Assembly: GCA_963717935.1 (NCBI GenBank)
Contig: CAVQXP010000004.1
Span: 1,632,001 to 1,696,000 of the forward strand
Source: Candidatus Eiseniibacteriota bacterium
GTDB taxonomy: Bacteria; Eisenbacteria; RBG-16-71-46
Length of the DNA: 64,000 bases
Direction: 5' to 3'
Part shown: in pieces, positions 1-10,377 of the stretch
Position numbering within the stretch: position 1 is the first letter of the stretch
Layout: the number at the start of each line of letters is the position of its first letter
The notes under the pieces: generated by a model
Seen by the model: only the letters and a program-made list of their open reading frames with translations
What the model was told of the DNA's origin: nothing
Databases searched by the model: none
Translations under genes and position numbers: made by a program

Positions 1-109
1 GGTCGCGGACCTGCGCGGCGAAGACCCCGGACTGGAGTTCGCGGCGGTGGATGTAGTCGAGCCAGACGCTCTGGCCGAGGTCGAGCAGTTGCTGGGCGCG
101 ACTGGGCAT
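1..109 (-). CDS. tal: Transaldolase (or Tal-Pgi fusion), N-terminus only; gene runs off the window start
   Basis: My translation from ATG at 109: MPSRAQQLLDLGQSVWLDYIHRRELQSGVF, matching the GQS(V/I)WLDY N-terminus of long-type transaldolases. AGGAG RBS upstream. Not in the ORF track. Confidence 0.75.
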   Translation of the reverse strand, partial: MPSRAQQLLDLGQSVWLDYIHRRELQSGVFAAQVRD

Positions 110-252
110 GGGATCTCCTGTGGCATGGCTTCGGGAGACCGCGCCGCGCGGCGCGGAACCCGGATGGAGGTCGGAGCATCAAAGGGCACTGATTCACGGC
201 CAAGATGCGCCCGGGCAAGGGCCCGATGCAAGGAGGCGCGCTGCGGAACGGC

Positions 253-323
253 GCGGTCCCCGGGAGTGGTGGAGGGCGAGCAGAGGCACCATGCGCTCGC
301 CCCGCGCCACTCCCGGGGACCGC
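253..323. repeat. Intergenic hairpin element, copy 1 (29-bp imperfect stem, 13-nt loop AGAGGCACCATGC)
   Basis: Arms 253-281 and 295-323 are complementary apart from a 4-nt internal stretch. Core CGAGCAGAGGCACCATGCGCTCG (277-299) is identical to copies at 7994-8016 (reverse) and 40408-40430. Confidence 0.9.
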
Positions 324-491
324 TTGCGCTGTGCTTCGCACCCCCACTGCCGTTTGATGCCCCGGCGAGCGGACGCTACCATGCCCGCGTGATTCGAAGG
401 GCCGAGTCGAGGTCATCCCGAGGCCGCCCACCCCAGTCTCCCGCCGCCAGTTTCCTGGCCGGCCCGGGGGCGTCACCGTAGGACGGACGAC

Positions 492-2285
492 ATGGTTGCC
501 AATCGCAAACTCGAGGCCTGGGTTCAGGAAGTCGCCGCCATGTGCCAGCCGGAGAAGGTGGTCTGGTGCGACGGCTCGGCCGCGGAGTACCAGACCATGC
601 TGCGCCTCATGGTGCAGGCGGGCACGGCCCAGTGGCTCGATGCGGGGACGCGCCCCAACAGCGTCTTCGTGCGCTCCGACCCGGCCGACGTCGCGCGGGT
701 CGAGGAGTTCACCTTCATCTGCTCGAAGAGCCGCGAGGACGCCGGACCGACCAACCACTGGCGCGATCCGGACGAGATCCGCCGGACGCTGACCGGGCTC
801 TTCACCGGCTGCATGGCGGGCCGCACGCTCTACGTGATCCCCTACAGCATGGGGCCGATCGGCTCGCCGATCGCCAAGATCGGCGTGGAGATCACCGACT
901 CGCCCTACGTCGTCGCGAACATGCACATCATGACCCGCGTCGGCACACGCGTGCTCGACGTGCTCGGCCCCGAGGGCGAGTTCGTGCGCGGGCTGCACTC
1001 GGTCGGAGCGCCGATCGGCTCGCCCGCCGTGGCCGACGCGCCCTGGCCCTGCAACGCGCAGAACAAGTACATCTGCCACTTCCCCGAGACGCGCGAGATC
1101 TGGTCGTTCGGCTCGGGCTACGGCGGCAACGCCCTGCTCGGCAAGAAGTGCCACGCGCTGCGCATCGCCTCGGTGCAGGCCCGCGACGAGGGCTGGCTGG
1201 CCGAGCACATGCTGATCCTCAAGCTCACGAACCCCGAGGGCAGGAGTCTCTACGTCGGAGCGGCGTTCCCCTCGGCCTGCGGCAAGACCAACCTGGCGAT
1301 GATGGAGCCGACCGTGCCGGGCTGGAAGGTCGAGACCATCGGTGACGACATCGCCTGGATGAAGTTCGGCCCCGACGGGCGGCTCTACGCCATCAACCCC
1401 GAGGCCGGGTTCTTCGGCGTGGCGCCGGGCACCAGCATGCAGAGCAACCCGAACGCCCTGCGCACGCTCGCGAAGAACGCCATCTTCACGAACTGCGCGA
1501 TCACGCCCGAGGGTGACGTCTGGTGGGAGGCGATGACCGACCCGCCGGCGAACCTGATGGACTGGCTGCGGCGCCCGTGGACGCCGCAGAGCGGCCGCAA
1601 GGCGGCGCACCCGAACGCCCGCTTCACCGTGCCGGCGCGGCAGTGCCCGGTGATCGCGTCCGAGTGGGAGGACCCGAAGGGCGTGCCGATCTCGGCCTTC
1701 CTCTTCGGCGGCCGGCGCGCCACCACGGCGCCGCTGGTCAACGAGGCGTTCTCGTGGCAGCACGGCACGTTCCTCGGCTCGATCATGAGCAGCGAGACCA
1801 CGGCCGCCGCGGCCGGCGCCCAGGGCCAGTTGCGCTTCGACCCGTTCGCCATGCTGCCGTTCTGCGGCTACCACATGGGTGACTACTTCGCCCACTGGCT
1901 CGAGATCGGCGGGGCGAGCGCGCCCGAGAAGCTGCCGCGCATCTACTACGTGAACTGGTTCCGCCGCGGCGCCGACGGCGGCTTCCTGTGGCCGGGTTAC
2001 GGCGAGAACAGCCGCGTGCTCAAGTGGGTCTTCGAGCGCGTCACCGGGAAGGCCCAGGCCGTGGACACGCCCATCGGCCGCCTGCCGGCTCCGGGAGCGC
2101 TCGACCTGACCGGTCTCGCGGTGCCGAAGGCGGATCTCGAGGAACTGCTGCGCGTGGATGCGGAGCGCTGGCTCGCGGACCTGCCGCTGGTGCGCGCACA
2201 CTACGAGAAGTTCGGCGCGCGCCTGCCGGCGGCGCTGAAGGAGGAGCTGGCCACGCTCGAGCAGCGGCTGCGCGCGGTGAAGTGA
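492..2285 (+). CDS. pckG: Phosphoenolpyruvate carboxykinase (GTP)
   Basis: 597 aa with [28 protein letters not shown] (P-loop), [23 protein letters not shown]. Confidence 0.97.
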   Translation: MVANRKLEAWVQEVAAMCQPEKVVWCDGSAAEYQTMLRLMVQAGTAQWLDAGTRPNSVFVRSDPADVARVEEFTFICSKSREDAGPTNHWRDPDEIRRTLTGLFTGCMAGRTLYVIPYSMGPIGSPIAKIGVEITDSPYVVANMHIMTRVGTRVLDVLGPEGEFVRGLHSVGAPIGSPAVADAPWPCNAQNKYICHFPETREIWSFGSGYGGNALLGKKCHALRIASVQARDEGWLAEHMLILKLTNPEGRSLYVGAAFPSACGKTNLAMMEPTVPGWKVETIGDDIAWMKFGPDGRLYAINPEAGFFGVAPGTSMQSNPNALRTLAKNAIFTNCAITPEGDVWWEAMTDPPANLMDWLRRPWTPQSGRKAAHPNARFTVPARQCPVIASEWEDPKGVPISAFLFGGRRATTAPLVNEAFSWQHGTFLGSIMSSETTAAAAGAQGQLRFDPFAMLPFCGYHMGDYFAHWLEIGGASAPEKLPRIYYVNWFRRGADGGFLWPGYGENSRVLKWVFERVTGKAQAVDTPIGRLPAPGALDLTGLAVPKADLEELLRVDAERWLADLPLVRAHYEKFGARLPAALKEELATLEQRLRAVK

Positions 2286-2325
2286 GCGGCGGGCCGACGC
2301 GGTCGCGCGGCCCGCAGGAGAACGA

Positions 2326-2364
2326 GAGACGACGCCCGCGGCGGATGGTCGCGGGCGTCGTCTC
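2326..2364. terminator. Hairpin between convergent pckG and glk (probable bidirectional terminator)
   Basis: 15-bp inverted repeat GAGACGACGCCCGCG / CGCGGGCGTCGTCTC. Confidence 0.6.
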
Positions 2365-2366
2365 GT

Positions 2367-3344
2367 TCAGGCGCTCGAGCGGGCCAGCTGGGCGGCGCCC
2401 CAGAGCGCGGCGCGGTCGTCGCGCAGGACCGTGACGGGGATGTGCGCCAGCAGCGGGCCCAGGCGGCCCTTGTCGTGGAGGGCGTCGAGGAAGGCGCCGG
2501 AGCGCAGGAGCGGCAGGATGCGCGGGGCGATGCCGCCGCCCAGGAAGATCCCGTTCACGGCGAGCGCCTTGAGGGCCAGGTTCCCGGCCTCGGCGCCGTA
2601 GATCGAGACGAAGCGCTCGAGCGCCAGCCGGGCGCGCTCGCAGGAACCGTCGAGCGCGGCCGTGCTCACGACCGCGGCGGGGTCCGCGGCGGCGGCGAAG
2701 CGGGCGGCTACTTCGCCCGATGCGGTCCCCCGGCCGGTCTCGGCGAGGAAGCGGTAGAGGTCCGCGAGTCCGGGTCCCGAGAGGACGCGTTCATAGCTCA
2801 CGCGCCCGTAGCGTCCGCGGAGCCACTGCAGCAGCTCGTCCTCGAGCGCGTCGCGCGGGGCGAAGTCGGTGTGTCCGCCCTCGGAGGCGGACGGCCACCA
2901 GGTCTTTCCGTCCCAGACGAGCAGGGCCTCGCCCAGACCCGTGCCGGCCGCGATCAGGACGCGGTTGCCGGGCCGGGGCGTGCCGGGATGCAGCGTTTCG
3001 ACCTCGTGCCCTCCCAGCAGCGGCAGCCCCCAGGCGGTGGCCTCGAGGTCGTTGACGAGCAGCACCGGGGCGCCGTCGAGTTCCGCGCTGAGCGCCGTCG
3101 CGCCGATCCTCCACGGCAGGTTGGTGGCCTCGACGTGCTGTTCGACGACGGGTCCGGCGATGCCCAGGACGGCGCGGGTGGGACGCGCGGGCGCGCCGGC
3201 CAGGAATTCGCGCACCAGGGCCTCGATCGTGGCGTACTCACGGCTGGGCAGGCGGCGCTCGAGGACGGGCTCGCGCACGGAGGAGGCGGGCTCGTAGAGG
3301 GCAAGGTGGGTCTTGGTCCCACCGACGTCACCAGCGAGGATCAC
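2367..3344 (-). CDS. glk: Glucokinase
   Basis: 325 aa; ILAGDVGGTKT, NDLEA, AGTGLG, SEGGH, ERVLSGPGL, GGGIAP. Confidence 0.95.
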   Translation of the reverse strand: MILAGDVGGTKTHLALYEPASSVREPVLERRLPSREYATIEALVREFLAGAPARPTRAVLGIAGPVVEQHVEATNLPWRIGATALSAELDGAPVLLVNDLEATAWGLPLLGGHEVETLHPGTPRPGNRVLIAAGTGLGEALLVWDGKTWWPSASEGGHTDFAPRDALEDELLQWLRGRYGRVSYERVLSGPGLADLYRFLAETGRGTASGEVAARFAAAADPAAVVSTAALDGSCERARLALERFVSIYGAEAGNLALKALAVNGIFLGGGIAPRILPLLRSGAFLDALHDKGRLGPLLAHIPVTVLRDDRAALWGAAQLARSSA

Positions 3345-3417
3345 GGTGGCATCCTAAGGAGTGCCGGGCGGGTGGGCAAGCCCGGACGGTTCGTGACCCG
3401 CGTCCCGGCCGGGGCGG

Positions 3418-3446
3418 TTGACGCCGCGCGCCGGGGCGGACAGTAT
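3418..3446 (+). promoter_or_regulatory. Putative sigma70-type promoter of the M48 peptidase gene
   Basis: TTGACG-N17-CAGTAT upstream of ATG 3494. Confidence 0.45.
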
Positions 3447-3493
3447 CGGTCACGTCGCGCGGGGTTTGCGCTCATCTCACCGGGAGAGACGTC

Positions 3494-4945
3494 ATGAAAC
3501 GCATCCCTCATCTGGTGCTGCCGCTCGTGGTGCTGGGGATCCTGGCCCCGGGTTGCGCGATCAATCCCGTCACCGGCCAGCGCGAATTGTCGCTCGTGAG
3601 CCCTGCGCAGGAGCTGCAGATCGGGAGCGAGGGCTACAAGGCGGTGGTCGCGGAATACGGGCTCTACGATGACCCGGCGCTCCAGGCGTACGTGAACGAG
3701 GTGGGGCAGAAGGTGGCGCGGGTCTCGCACCAGCCCGGCCTGGTGTGGCACTTCGCCGTGCTCGACGATCCCACGGTGAACGCCTTCGCCATGCCGGGCG
3801 GCTACATCTACATCACCCGCGGGATCCTCGCCCACCTGAACTCCGAGGCGCAGCTGGCGGGCGTGCTGGGCCACGAGATCGGCCACGTCACCCACCGTCA
3901 CACGGCCGAGCGCATCACGCAGCAGCAGCTCTACGGGCTGGGCCTGGGCGTCGCCTCGGCCTTCTCCGAGACGATGCGCCGCTACGGTGACCTGGCCCAG
4001 CAGGGCCTGGGGCTGCTGTTCCTCAAGTACAGCCGCGACGACGAGCGGCAGGCCGACGAGCTGGGGGTCGCCTACGCGACCGGGGCCGGCTACGATCCGC
4101 GCGAGGTCCCCTCGACCTACGCCACGCTCAAGCGCGTGAGCGATCAGGCCGGGCAGCGGCTCCCGGGCTTCCTCTCGACCCATCCCGACCCGGGCGACCG
4201 CGAAGTGACCACCGCGGCGCTGGCGAGGCGGGCGGTGCAGGGGAAGACGGGCCTCACCGTCAACGGGCGCGGCTACGTGCAGCGCCTGGACGGCGTGGTC
4301 TTCGGCAGTGATCCGCGGCAGGGCTACTTCGCGGGCGACGAGTACATCCATCCCACGCTGCGCTTCCAGTTGACCTTCCCGGCGGGCTGGAAGCACCAGG
4401 ACACGCGCTCGGCCGTGGCGGCGCAGGAGCCGGGCCAGCAGGCGGTGCTGCAACTGACGCTGGCCGACGCCGGCACGCTCGCGCCGGCTGCATTCGTCCA
4501 GCAGTTGGGCGGCCGCGGCACCTTCGCGGACGTCTCGGGCAAGCCGGAGACCATCGGCGGCTTCGCGGCCTGGGTGGGACGGGTCTCGCTCCCGCAGCAG
4601 CAGGGGGCGGCGGTGGCGGCCACGGCCGGCTACATCCGCCGGGCCGACTCGCTGATGTTCCAGTTGCTGGGCCGCAGCCAGCAGCCCGGGGACGCCAACG
4701 ACGCGAAGATCCATGCGAGCCTGCGCTCGTTCCGCGCCCTGACCGACCCCGCGCGGCTCGCGGTCCGGCCCGACCGGGTGAAGGTGGAGAAGGTCGCCAC
4801 GACGGCTACCCTGGAGGCGACCCTGCGCAGGCTGGGAGCGACGGAGAGCCTGTTCCAGACCGACGCGCTCCTGAACAACCTCGAGACCGACGAGACGGTG
4901 ATGGCGGGCACGCTGCTCAAGGTGGTCGTGCCCGGGAAACGTTAG
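3494..4945 (+). CDS. M48 family zinc metalloprotease, probable lipoprotein
   Basis: Lipobox-like LAPGC, then AINPVTG; VNAFAMPGG, HEIGH, YSRDDERQAD, LSTHP. Confidence 0.9.
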   Translation: MKRIPHLVLPLVVLGILAPGCAINPVTGQRELSLVSPAQELQIGSEGYKAVVAEYGLYDDPALQAYVNEVGQKVARVSHQPGLVWHFAVLDDPTVNAFAMPGGYIYITRGILAHLNSEAQLAGVLGHEIGHVTHRHTAERITQQQLYGLGLGVASAFSETMRRYGDLAQQGLGLLFLKYSRDDERQADELGVAYATGAGYDPREVPSTYATLKRVSDQAGQRLPGFLSTHPDPGDREVTTAALARRAVQGKTGLTVNGRGYVQRLDGVVFGSDPRQGYFAGDEYIHPTLRFQLTFPAGWKHQDTRSAVAAQEPGQQAVLQLTLADAGTLAPAAFVQQLGGRGTFADVSGKPETIGGFAAWVGRVSLPQQQGAAVAATAGYIRRADSLMFQLLGRSQQPGDANDAKIHASLRSFRALTDPARLAVRPDRVKVEKVATTATLEATLRRLGATESLFQTDALLNNLETDETVMAGTLLKVVVPGKR

Positions 4946-5020
4946 CGGGGCGCGCGGGCCGACTCTTTCGCGCGCACCGGGGCGCCCGGGTCCAGGATGG
5001 GCCCGGGCGTTTGGAGCGCC

Positions 5021-5108
5021 GCCGGGGTGGCGGAACTGGCTAGACGCGGCGGACTTAAAATCCGCTGGGCTCACGCCCGTCCGGGTTCGACTCCCGGCCC
5101 CGGCACCA
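5021..5108 (+). tRNA. tRNA-Leu (anticodon UAA)
   Basis: Acceptor stem GCCGGGG/CCCCGGC, anticodon arm GCGGA-CTTAAAA-TCCGC, long variable arm, T-arm CCGGG-TTCGACT-CCCGG, encoded CCA end. Confidence 0.96.
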
Positions 5109-5132
5109 GGCGCGGCGCCCGTGGGGGGCTGG

Positions 5133-6707
5133 CTACGGCTCCGGGGCGACCTTGCAGATGATCGCGGTCAGGTCGTCGGTCTGGGGGCCGCCCTCCGCGA
5201 AGGCCCGCGCGCCGGCGATGAGCCCTTCGAGCACCTGCCGGGCGGACCCCGCGAGGTGGGCCCTGACGATTCGCAGGGCCCCTTCGGCGCCGAGGAGGCG
5301 GCCATCGGGTGCCTGGCTCTCCGTGATCCCGTCGGTCATGAGGACGACGGTGTCGCCGGGTTCGAGCGCGATGGGCGCGGCGTCCGTGACGCCCCAGGCC
5401 GCGGAGACGCCCAGCGGAGTCCCGCTGCTCTCGAGCGCGGCCCGCACCCGGCCGTCGCGCCCCAGGACGAACCCGGAGGGATGGCCGGCATTCGCGTAGG
5501 TCAGGGACCGGGTGCGCGCGTCCAGACGCGCCAGCAGCATGGTGACGAAGCGCCCGTCCTCCAGGTCCGCGATCAGCGTCCGGTTGAGGGCGCGCAGCAC
5601 GTCGCCCGTGCCGGGGAGCGTGCGCACGAAGGCGCGCAGGTACGCGCGTGTCGCGGCCATGACCAGGGCGGGGCCCAGGCCGTGCCCGCTGACGTCGCCG
5701 ATGACGATCTCGAGCCGGCCGTCCTCCGTGACGACATAGTCGAAGCAGTCGCCGCACATCGCGGCGGCCGGGTGCGCGGCGCCGGCGATGTCGAACCCGG
5801 GGAACTCGGGTGCGCGCGCGGGGAAGAGCCCCTGCTGCACCCGGCGGGCGATCTCCAGCTCGAGTTCGTGCTCCCGCCGCAGATGGCGGTCGGTCATGTC
5901 CTTGCCGACCGCCACGAAGTGCGTGACCGTCCCGGTCGGGTCCTTGATCGGCGTGATGGTCATCTCGGCGTAGTAGATCTCCCCGCTCTTGCGCCGATTG
6001 ACCATCGTGCCGCGGAAGACCTCGCCGGCGAGCACCGTGCTCCACAGTTCGCGATAGTGGGCCGCGTCATGCCGGCCCGAGCGGAGCAGCCGCGGTGTCC
6101 GGCCGAGGATCTCGTCCTTCGAGTAGCCGGTGATGCGCTCGAAACCGGGGTTGACGTATTCGACCACGCCGTCGCGGTCCGTGATGTAGATGGCGTCGGC
6201 GGTCTGCTCCACCGCGTTGGACAGGCGACGGACGGCGTCGTCGGCGTTCCGGTGGGCGGTGATGTCCCGGAAGACCGCGACCCCGCCGAGGAGTTCTCCC
6301 GAGGGGTCCCGCCAGGGCATGGCGGTAACGCTGATCACCGCGCCGTCCGGCCGGTGCGGACCGCGCACGTAGATCTCGGCGTCGCGCGCGGCCTCGCCCC
6401 TGGCGGCGCGGACCAGGGGCAGCTGCTCGGGTGGATAGGGCGTGATCCGGTCGGGGAGGAAGAGGCCGTAGGCGTCGGACCAGGCGCCCGGGGGCGCGTC
6501 CAGAGAACCGACGCCGAGGATCCGTTCGGCGGCCTCGTTGAAGACCAGGAACACGCCCCGGCGATCGACGACGACGATGCCGTCGGAGACGGTCTGGAGG
6601 ATGGGTTCCAGGGCCCGCGACCGCGCGCGCACCGAGGCGCGGCCGGCACCGGACCGATACGAGCGTGTCCCGGGATCGCTGCGGGTCCGTTCCCTGGCGG
6701 TCGGCAT
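5133..6707 (-). CDS. PAS/PAC sensor fused to SpoIIE/RsbU-type PP2C phosphatase (start uncertain; ORF open to 6890)
   Basis: Two PAS domains (VNPGFERITGYS..E..G), then GDCFD, GDVSGHG, NAGHP, TDGITE, DDLT. Confidence 0.88.
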   Translation of the reverse strand: MPTARERTRSDPGTRSYRSGAGRASVRARSRALEPILQTVSDGIVVVDRRGVFLVFNEAAERILGVGSLDAPPGAWSDAYGLFLPDRITPYPPEQLPLVRAARGEAARDAEIYVRGPHRPDGAVISVTAMPWRDPSGELLGGVAVFRDITAHRNADDAVRRLSNAVEQTADAIYITDRDGVVEYVNPGFERITGYSKDEILGRTPRLLRSGRHDAAHYRELWSTVLAGEVFRGTMVNRRKSGEIYYAEMTITPIKDPTGTVTHFVAVGKDMTDRHLRREHELELEIARRVQQGLFPARAPEFPGFDIAGAAHPAAAMCGDCFDYVVTEDGRLEIVIGDVSGHGLGPALVMAATRAYLRAFVRTLPGTGDVLRALNRTLIADLEDGRFVTMLLARLDARTRSLTYANAGHPSGFVLGRDGRVRAALESSGTPLGVSAAWGVTDAAPIALEPGDTVVLMTDGITESQAPDGRLLGAEGALRIVRAHLAGSARQVLEGLIAGARAFAEGGPQTDDLTAIICKVAPEP

Positions 6708-7057
6708 GGGGGATGTGCACTCCTGAGGCGAAGGGCCGGTGAAGTGCGCCGCCGCGGCGAACGGTGCGGGTGCGTCCCTGCGGGGGGATGCCGGTTTCTC
6801 GAATCCGGAGGGCGCGCGATCTGGAACGCGATCCCACCGTGGCCGAGAGGTTGTGTCCGGAGCGGGCGACAGTTGTCCGGGGGAGGACAATCATCCCGGG
6901 CCGGCGTCACAGCGGGCTCTGGTGTGGTGCCCGCGTGCGGCGGGCCTGAACTTCCGGGCCGCTCCGGCGGCGTCTGCGGCTTCGGGCAGGCGACGCGCTC
7001 TCATGCTATCCTCGGCGCGCCTTCGTCACGCCCAACCTGCCTTCCAGGGGAGCCGCC

Positions 7058-7963
7058 ATGCCGATCACCAAGCTCGACCAGATCGTCGAAACCGTGAAGT
7101 CCCGCCCCCGCAAGCGCCTCATCGCCGTCTGGGCCAACGACTCGCACACCATCGCCGCCGTGGGGCAGGCCGTGAGCCTGGGCCTCGTGGAGGGCACGCT
7201 GGTAGGCGACGAGGCCGCCATCCGCTCCGTCTGCAAGAGCGAGGGGCTCGACCCCGGGATGTTCGCCATCGTGCAGGAGTCGTCCGACACGAGCGCGGCC
7301 GCCCGCGCCGTGGCCATGGTGAACGCCGGTGAAGCGCAGATCCTGATGAAGGGGCTGGTCTCGAGCGACAAGTACATGCGCGCCATCCTCCACAAGGAAA
7401 AGGGACTCATGGATGCCGGCGCGATCCTGAGCCACGTGACCGTGATCGAGGTCGAGCGCTATCCGAAGCTCATTGTCTGCGGCGACGTGGCGGTCCTGCC
7501 GGCGCCGGAGCTCAAGGAGAAGATCGCGATCACGCGCTACCAGATCGCGGTGGCCCACGCGCTGGGCATCGAGCGGCCCAAGGTGGCGATCATCGCGGCC
7601 ACCGAGCAGATGCTCTACAAGATGCAGGCCTGCGTGGACGCGGCGATCATCGCGAAGATGGCGGATCGCGGCGACATCAAGGGCGCGCTCGTGGACGGTC
7701 CGCTCGCCCTGGACGTGGCGGTGGATGCCGAGGCGGTGGCGATCAAGGGGCTGAAGAGCGCGGTGGCCGGAGACGCGGACTGCCTGGTGTTCCCCAACAT
7801 CGAGTCGGGGAACGTCTTCTACAAGACCTGCACCAAGCTGGCGGGCGCGGAACTGGCGGGTCTGGTGGTGGGCGCCCGTGTCCCGTGCGTACTGACCTCG
7901 CGGGGCGACACGGCGAAGAGCAAGATGTACTCGATCGCCCTGGCGGCCCTCACGGCGCGCTGA
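7058..7963 (+). CDS. ptb: Phosphate butyryl/acyltransferase
   Basis: 301 aa; LMKGLV, LSHV, DGPLALDVAV, AGDAD, PNIESGNVFYK, VLTSRGD. Confidence 0.9.
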   Translation: MPITKLDQIVETVKSRPRKRLIAVWANDSHTIAAVGQAVSLGLVEGTLVGDEAAIRSVCKSEGLDPGMFAIVQESSDTSAAARAVAMVNAGEAQILMKGLVSSDKYMRAILHKEKGLMDAGAILSHVTVIEVERYPKLIVCGDVAVLPAPELKEKIAITRYQIAVAHALGIERPKVAIIAATEQMLYKMQACVDAAIIAKMADRGDIKGALVDGPLALDVAVDAEAVAIKGLKSAVAGDADCLVFPNIESGNVFYKTCTKLAGAELAGLVVGARVPCVLTSRGDTAKSKMYSIALAALTAR

Positions 7964-7966
7964 CCG

Positions 7967-8040
7967 GTAGCGGCTCCAGCGAATCGACCCCGGCGAGCGC
8001 ATGGTGCCTCTGCTCGCCGGGGTCGATTCGCTGGAGCCGC
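7967..8040. repeat. Intergenic hairpin element, copy 2 (perfect 29-bp stem, same 13-nt loop, GTAG foot)
   Basis: 7970-7998 is the exact reverse complement of 8012-8040; loop GCATGGTGCCTCT; GTAG at 7967-7970. Confidence 0.92.
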
Positions 8041-8124
8041 AGCCCCCCGGGCCGGTTCCGCGGCTCCGGTGGGCGATGGTCGGAAAGGGTGCCCCGGGCT
8101 CGAACCCGGATCGCCTTCGTTCGT

Positions 8125-10377
8125 CTACCCGCCCTGGCCGGACGCCGGCCGGGACGCCGGCTGCCGGGGCTCCGCCACGTACTGGCGCGCTTCCTCCTTG
8201 CCGTCGAGGACGCGCAGGACGCCCTTGACCAGCGCGGAGAGTTCGTTCTCGCCAGGGTAGAGGCTCACGCCGCAGCCCATGGCCGCGACCATCCGCGTGA
8301 TCTCGCCCACGAGGCGCTGCGAGCGGGCCATGCCACCCGTGAGCAGGATGCGATCGACCGGCTCGCCGTCGAAGGCCGGGACGAGCGAGGCGATCTCCTT
8401 GGCGATCTGGTAGACCATCGCCTCGAAGACCTGCGCCGCCTCCTGGTCGCCGGCATCGATGCGGCGCTCGACCTCGCGCAGGTCGGCCGTGCCGAGCAGA
8501 TCGATGAGCCCGCCGCGCCCCTTGTTGAGCAGCTTGAGCTCGGGCTTCGTGTAGCGGCCCGAGAAGCACAGCTCGATCAGTTGGCCGGTGGGCATGCCGC
8601 CCGAGCGCTGCGGCGAGAACGGCCCTTCGCCGTCCAGCGCGTTGTTGACGTCGATGTAGCGGCCGCGCTTGTGCGCGCCCACGCTGATGCCGCCGCCCAG
8701 GTGGCAGACGATGACGTTCACCTTCTCGTAGAACGTCTCGTGCTCCTCGGCGTAGCGGCGTGCGGTGGCGATCTGGTTGAGGGCGTGGCTGATGATCTTG
8801 CGGCGCACGGCCTTCATGCCGCTCACGCGGACGCGCTCGGGTGCCTCGTCCACCACCACGGGGTCCACGATGAAGGCGGGCTTGCCGAGGCCGGTGGTCA
8901 GCTCGCGGGCGATCAGCGCGCCCAGGTTCGAGGCGTGCTCGCCGTAGCGTGCCGTGCGCAGGTCGGCCACCATGTCGTCGGAGACGGCCAGCGTGCCGTG
9001 CGGGATGGGGTGCAGGATGCCGCCGCGGGCCGCGATGGCATCCAGGTCCGCCACGCTCAGTCCGTGGTCGGCCAGGGCCTTCGTGATGATCTGCTTGCGG
9101 AAGGCGTATTGCTCGGTGATGCCCTTGCCCTCGAAGGGGAGCAGCTCCTCGGCCGTGTGCTGCAGTTCGAGCGTGAAGCGCTCCTCCTCGCCCTCGAAGA
9201 CGCCGATCTTGGTCGACGTGGAACCTGGATTCAGGGCCAGCACGCGGTGGCGGTGGAAGAAGGTATCGCGCGGCGTGCGGTCCCACTCGCCGAAGCGGTA
9301 CATGCGGAGCACCGAGGCCTTGACCGCGAGCCGGATGTCCTCGGGCGCGCAGTCCATGGGAAGGTCTACGCCGCGGAACCGCAGGCCGAACATGGCGGGG
9401 AACTTCTTCGCGTCCGGGAAGCGCGCCGCGTAGAGGTGGTAGAGCAGGTTCCCCATCTCGAGGTTCGGGCAGATGATCACGTTGGGGCTGCCGCCCCACG
9501 TCGACTCGCGGTTCCCGTCGTAGTACATGGCCGAGCGCTGCGACAGCGCCACCGAGACCTTGACCTCGCCCTGGATGCGGATCGTCGCGTAGCGCTCGTT
9601 CTTGTCCACGCGCTCGGCCAGCACGCGGGGGATGAGCGCCATGGCCTGCCGGACCAGTTCGGGCGAGGGGCCCTCGTCCGAGCCGCGGTTCGAGTAGGAG
9701 ACGATGACGCCGTGGATCTCGGGCAGCACCTCCACCGGGATCAGGTCGCGCGCGATCACGCAGGTGCCGACCGCCACGTGGGCGAGCGCCTCGGGCGTCA
9801 TGGTGGCGTTCACGCCGACGTCACCGAAGACCACGATGCCGTGCGGGAAGACATCGGGCGTCGTGTCGTCGGGGAGCACGAAGACCCCCGCCTCGCAGCG
9901 CACCGGCTGCCGGGCGAGCAGCCGGACCATGGGCCGGAAGTAGTCCCTGGGTGCGTGTGTGGCGCCGCCCACGACCGTGTCGGCGTGGCCGAGGCGCACG
10001 GCCCAGATGCCGAAGCGGGCGGGCTCCATGACCGTGCGCCGCGCCTGGTCGAGCGGGATCTCGGCATCCTGCTCCTTGCAGAATTCGAACTGTGCGCGCG
10101 CGAACTCCTCGACCAGGTCGGTGCGCCCGGGGATGTCCACGAAGGCGCTCTCCGACAGGAAGAAGTCCACGCGGTCGGCATCCACGTGACCGAGGCTCCG
10201 GGCGATCACGTCACGCACCTGCGGCTCGGAGGCCAGGAACACGGGGCGCACGAAGCGGACGAGGTGGCAGACCGCCTCGATGACGCGCGGGTCGAGGGCC
10301 TCCGGGAAGACGACGGTGGGGCGGGCCTTGGTGAAGCCCTGGATCTGCTGGTCGAAGGTGTCTTCGATATCGAACAT
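8125..10377 (-). CDS. buk: Fusion of a phosphotransacetylase-like domain and butyrate kinase
   Basis: 750 aa from MFDIEDT with GGAG RBS. N-half VVFPEA..PRV, FGDVGVN, SYSNRGS, PNLEMGN (Pta fold). C-half NPGSTSTK, ARGG, HASNLGA, VDPVVVDE, HALNQ, HLGGGIS, LTGG, YPGENE (butyrate kinase). Confidence 0.88.
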   Translation of the reverse strand: MFDIEDTFDQQIQGFTKARPTVVFPEALDPRVIEAVCHLVRFVRPVFLASEPQVRDVIARSLGHVDADRVDFFLSESAFVDIPGRTDLVEEFARAQFEFCKEQDAEIPLDQARRTVMEPARFGIWAVRLGHADTVVGGATHAPRDYFRPMVRLLARQPVRCEAGVFVLPDDTTPDVFPHGIVVFGDVGVNATMTPEALAHVAVGTCVIARDLIPVEVLPEIHGVIVSYSNRGSDEGPSPELVRQAMALIPRVLAERVDKNERYATIRIQGEVKVSVALSQRSAMYYDGNRESTWGGSPNVIICPNLEMGNLLYHLYAARFPDAKKFPAMFGLRFRGVDLPMDCAPEDIRLAVKASVLRMYRFGEWDRTPRDTFFHRHRVLALNPGSTSTKIGVFEGEEERFTLELQHTAEELLPFEGKGITEQYAFRKQIITKALADHGLSVADLDAIAARGGILHPIPHGTLAVSDDMVADLRTARYGEHASNLGALIARELTTGLGKPAFIVDPVVVDEAPERVRVSGMKAVRRKIISHALNQIATARRYAEEHETFYEKVNVIVCHLGGGISVGAHKRGRYIDVNNALDGEGPFSPQRSGGMPTGQLIELCFSGRYTKPELKLLNKGRGGLIDLLGTADLREVERRIDAGDQEAAQVFEAMVYQIAKEIASLVPAFDGEPVDRILLTGGMARSQRLVGEITRMVAAMGCGVSLYPGENELSALVKGVLRVLDGKEEARQYVAEPRQPASRPASGQGG

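Noticed and set aside
5108..7050. Possible genomic island integrated at tRNA-Leu
   Set aside because: No integrase and no duplicated tRNA 3' end seen in the window.
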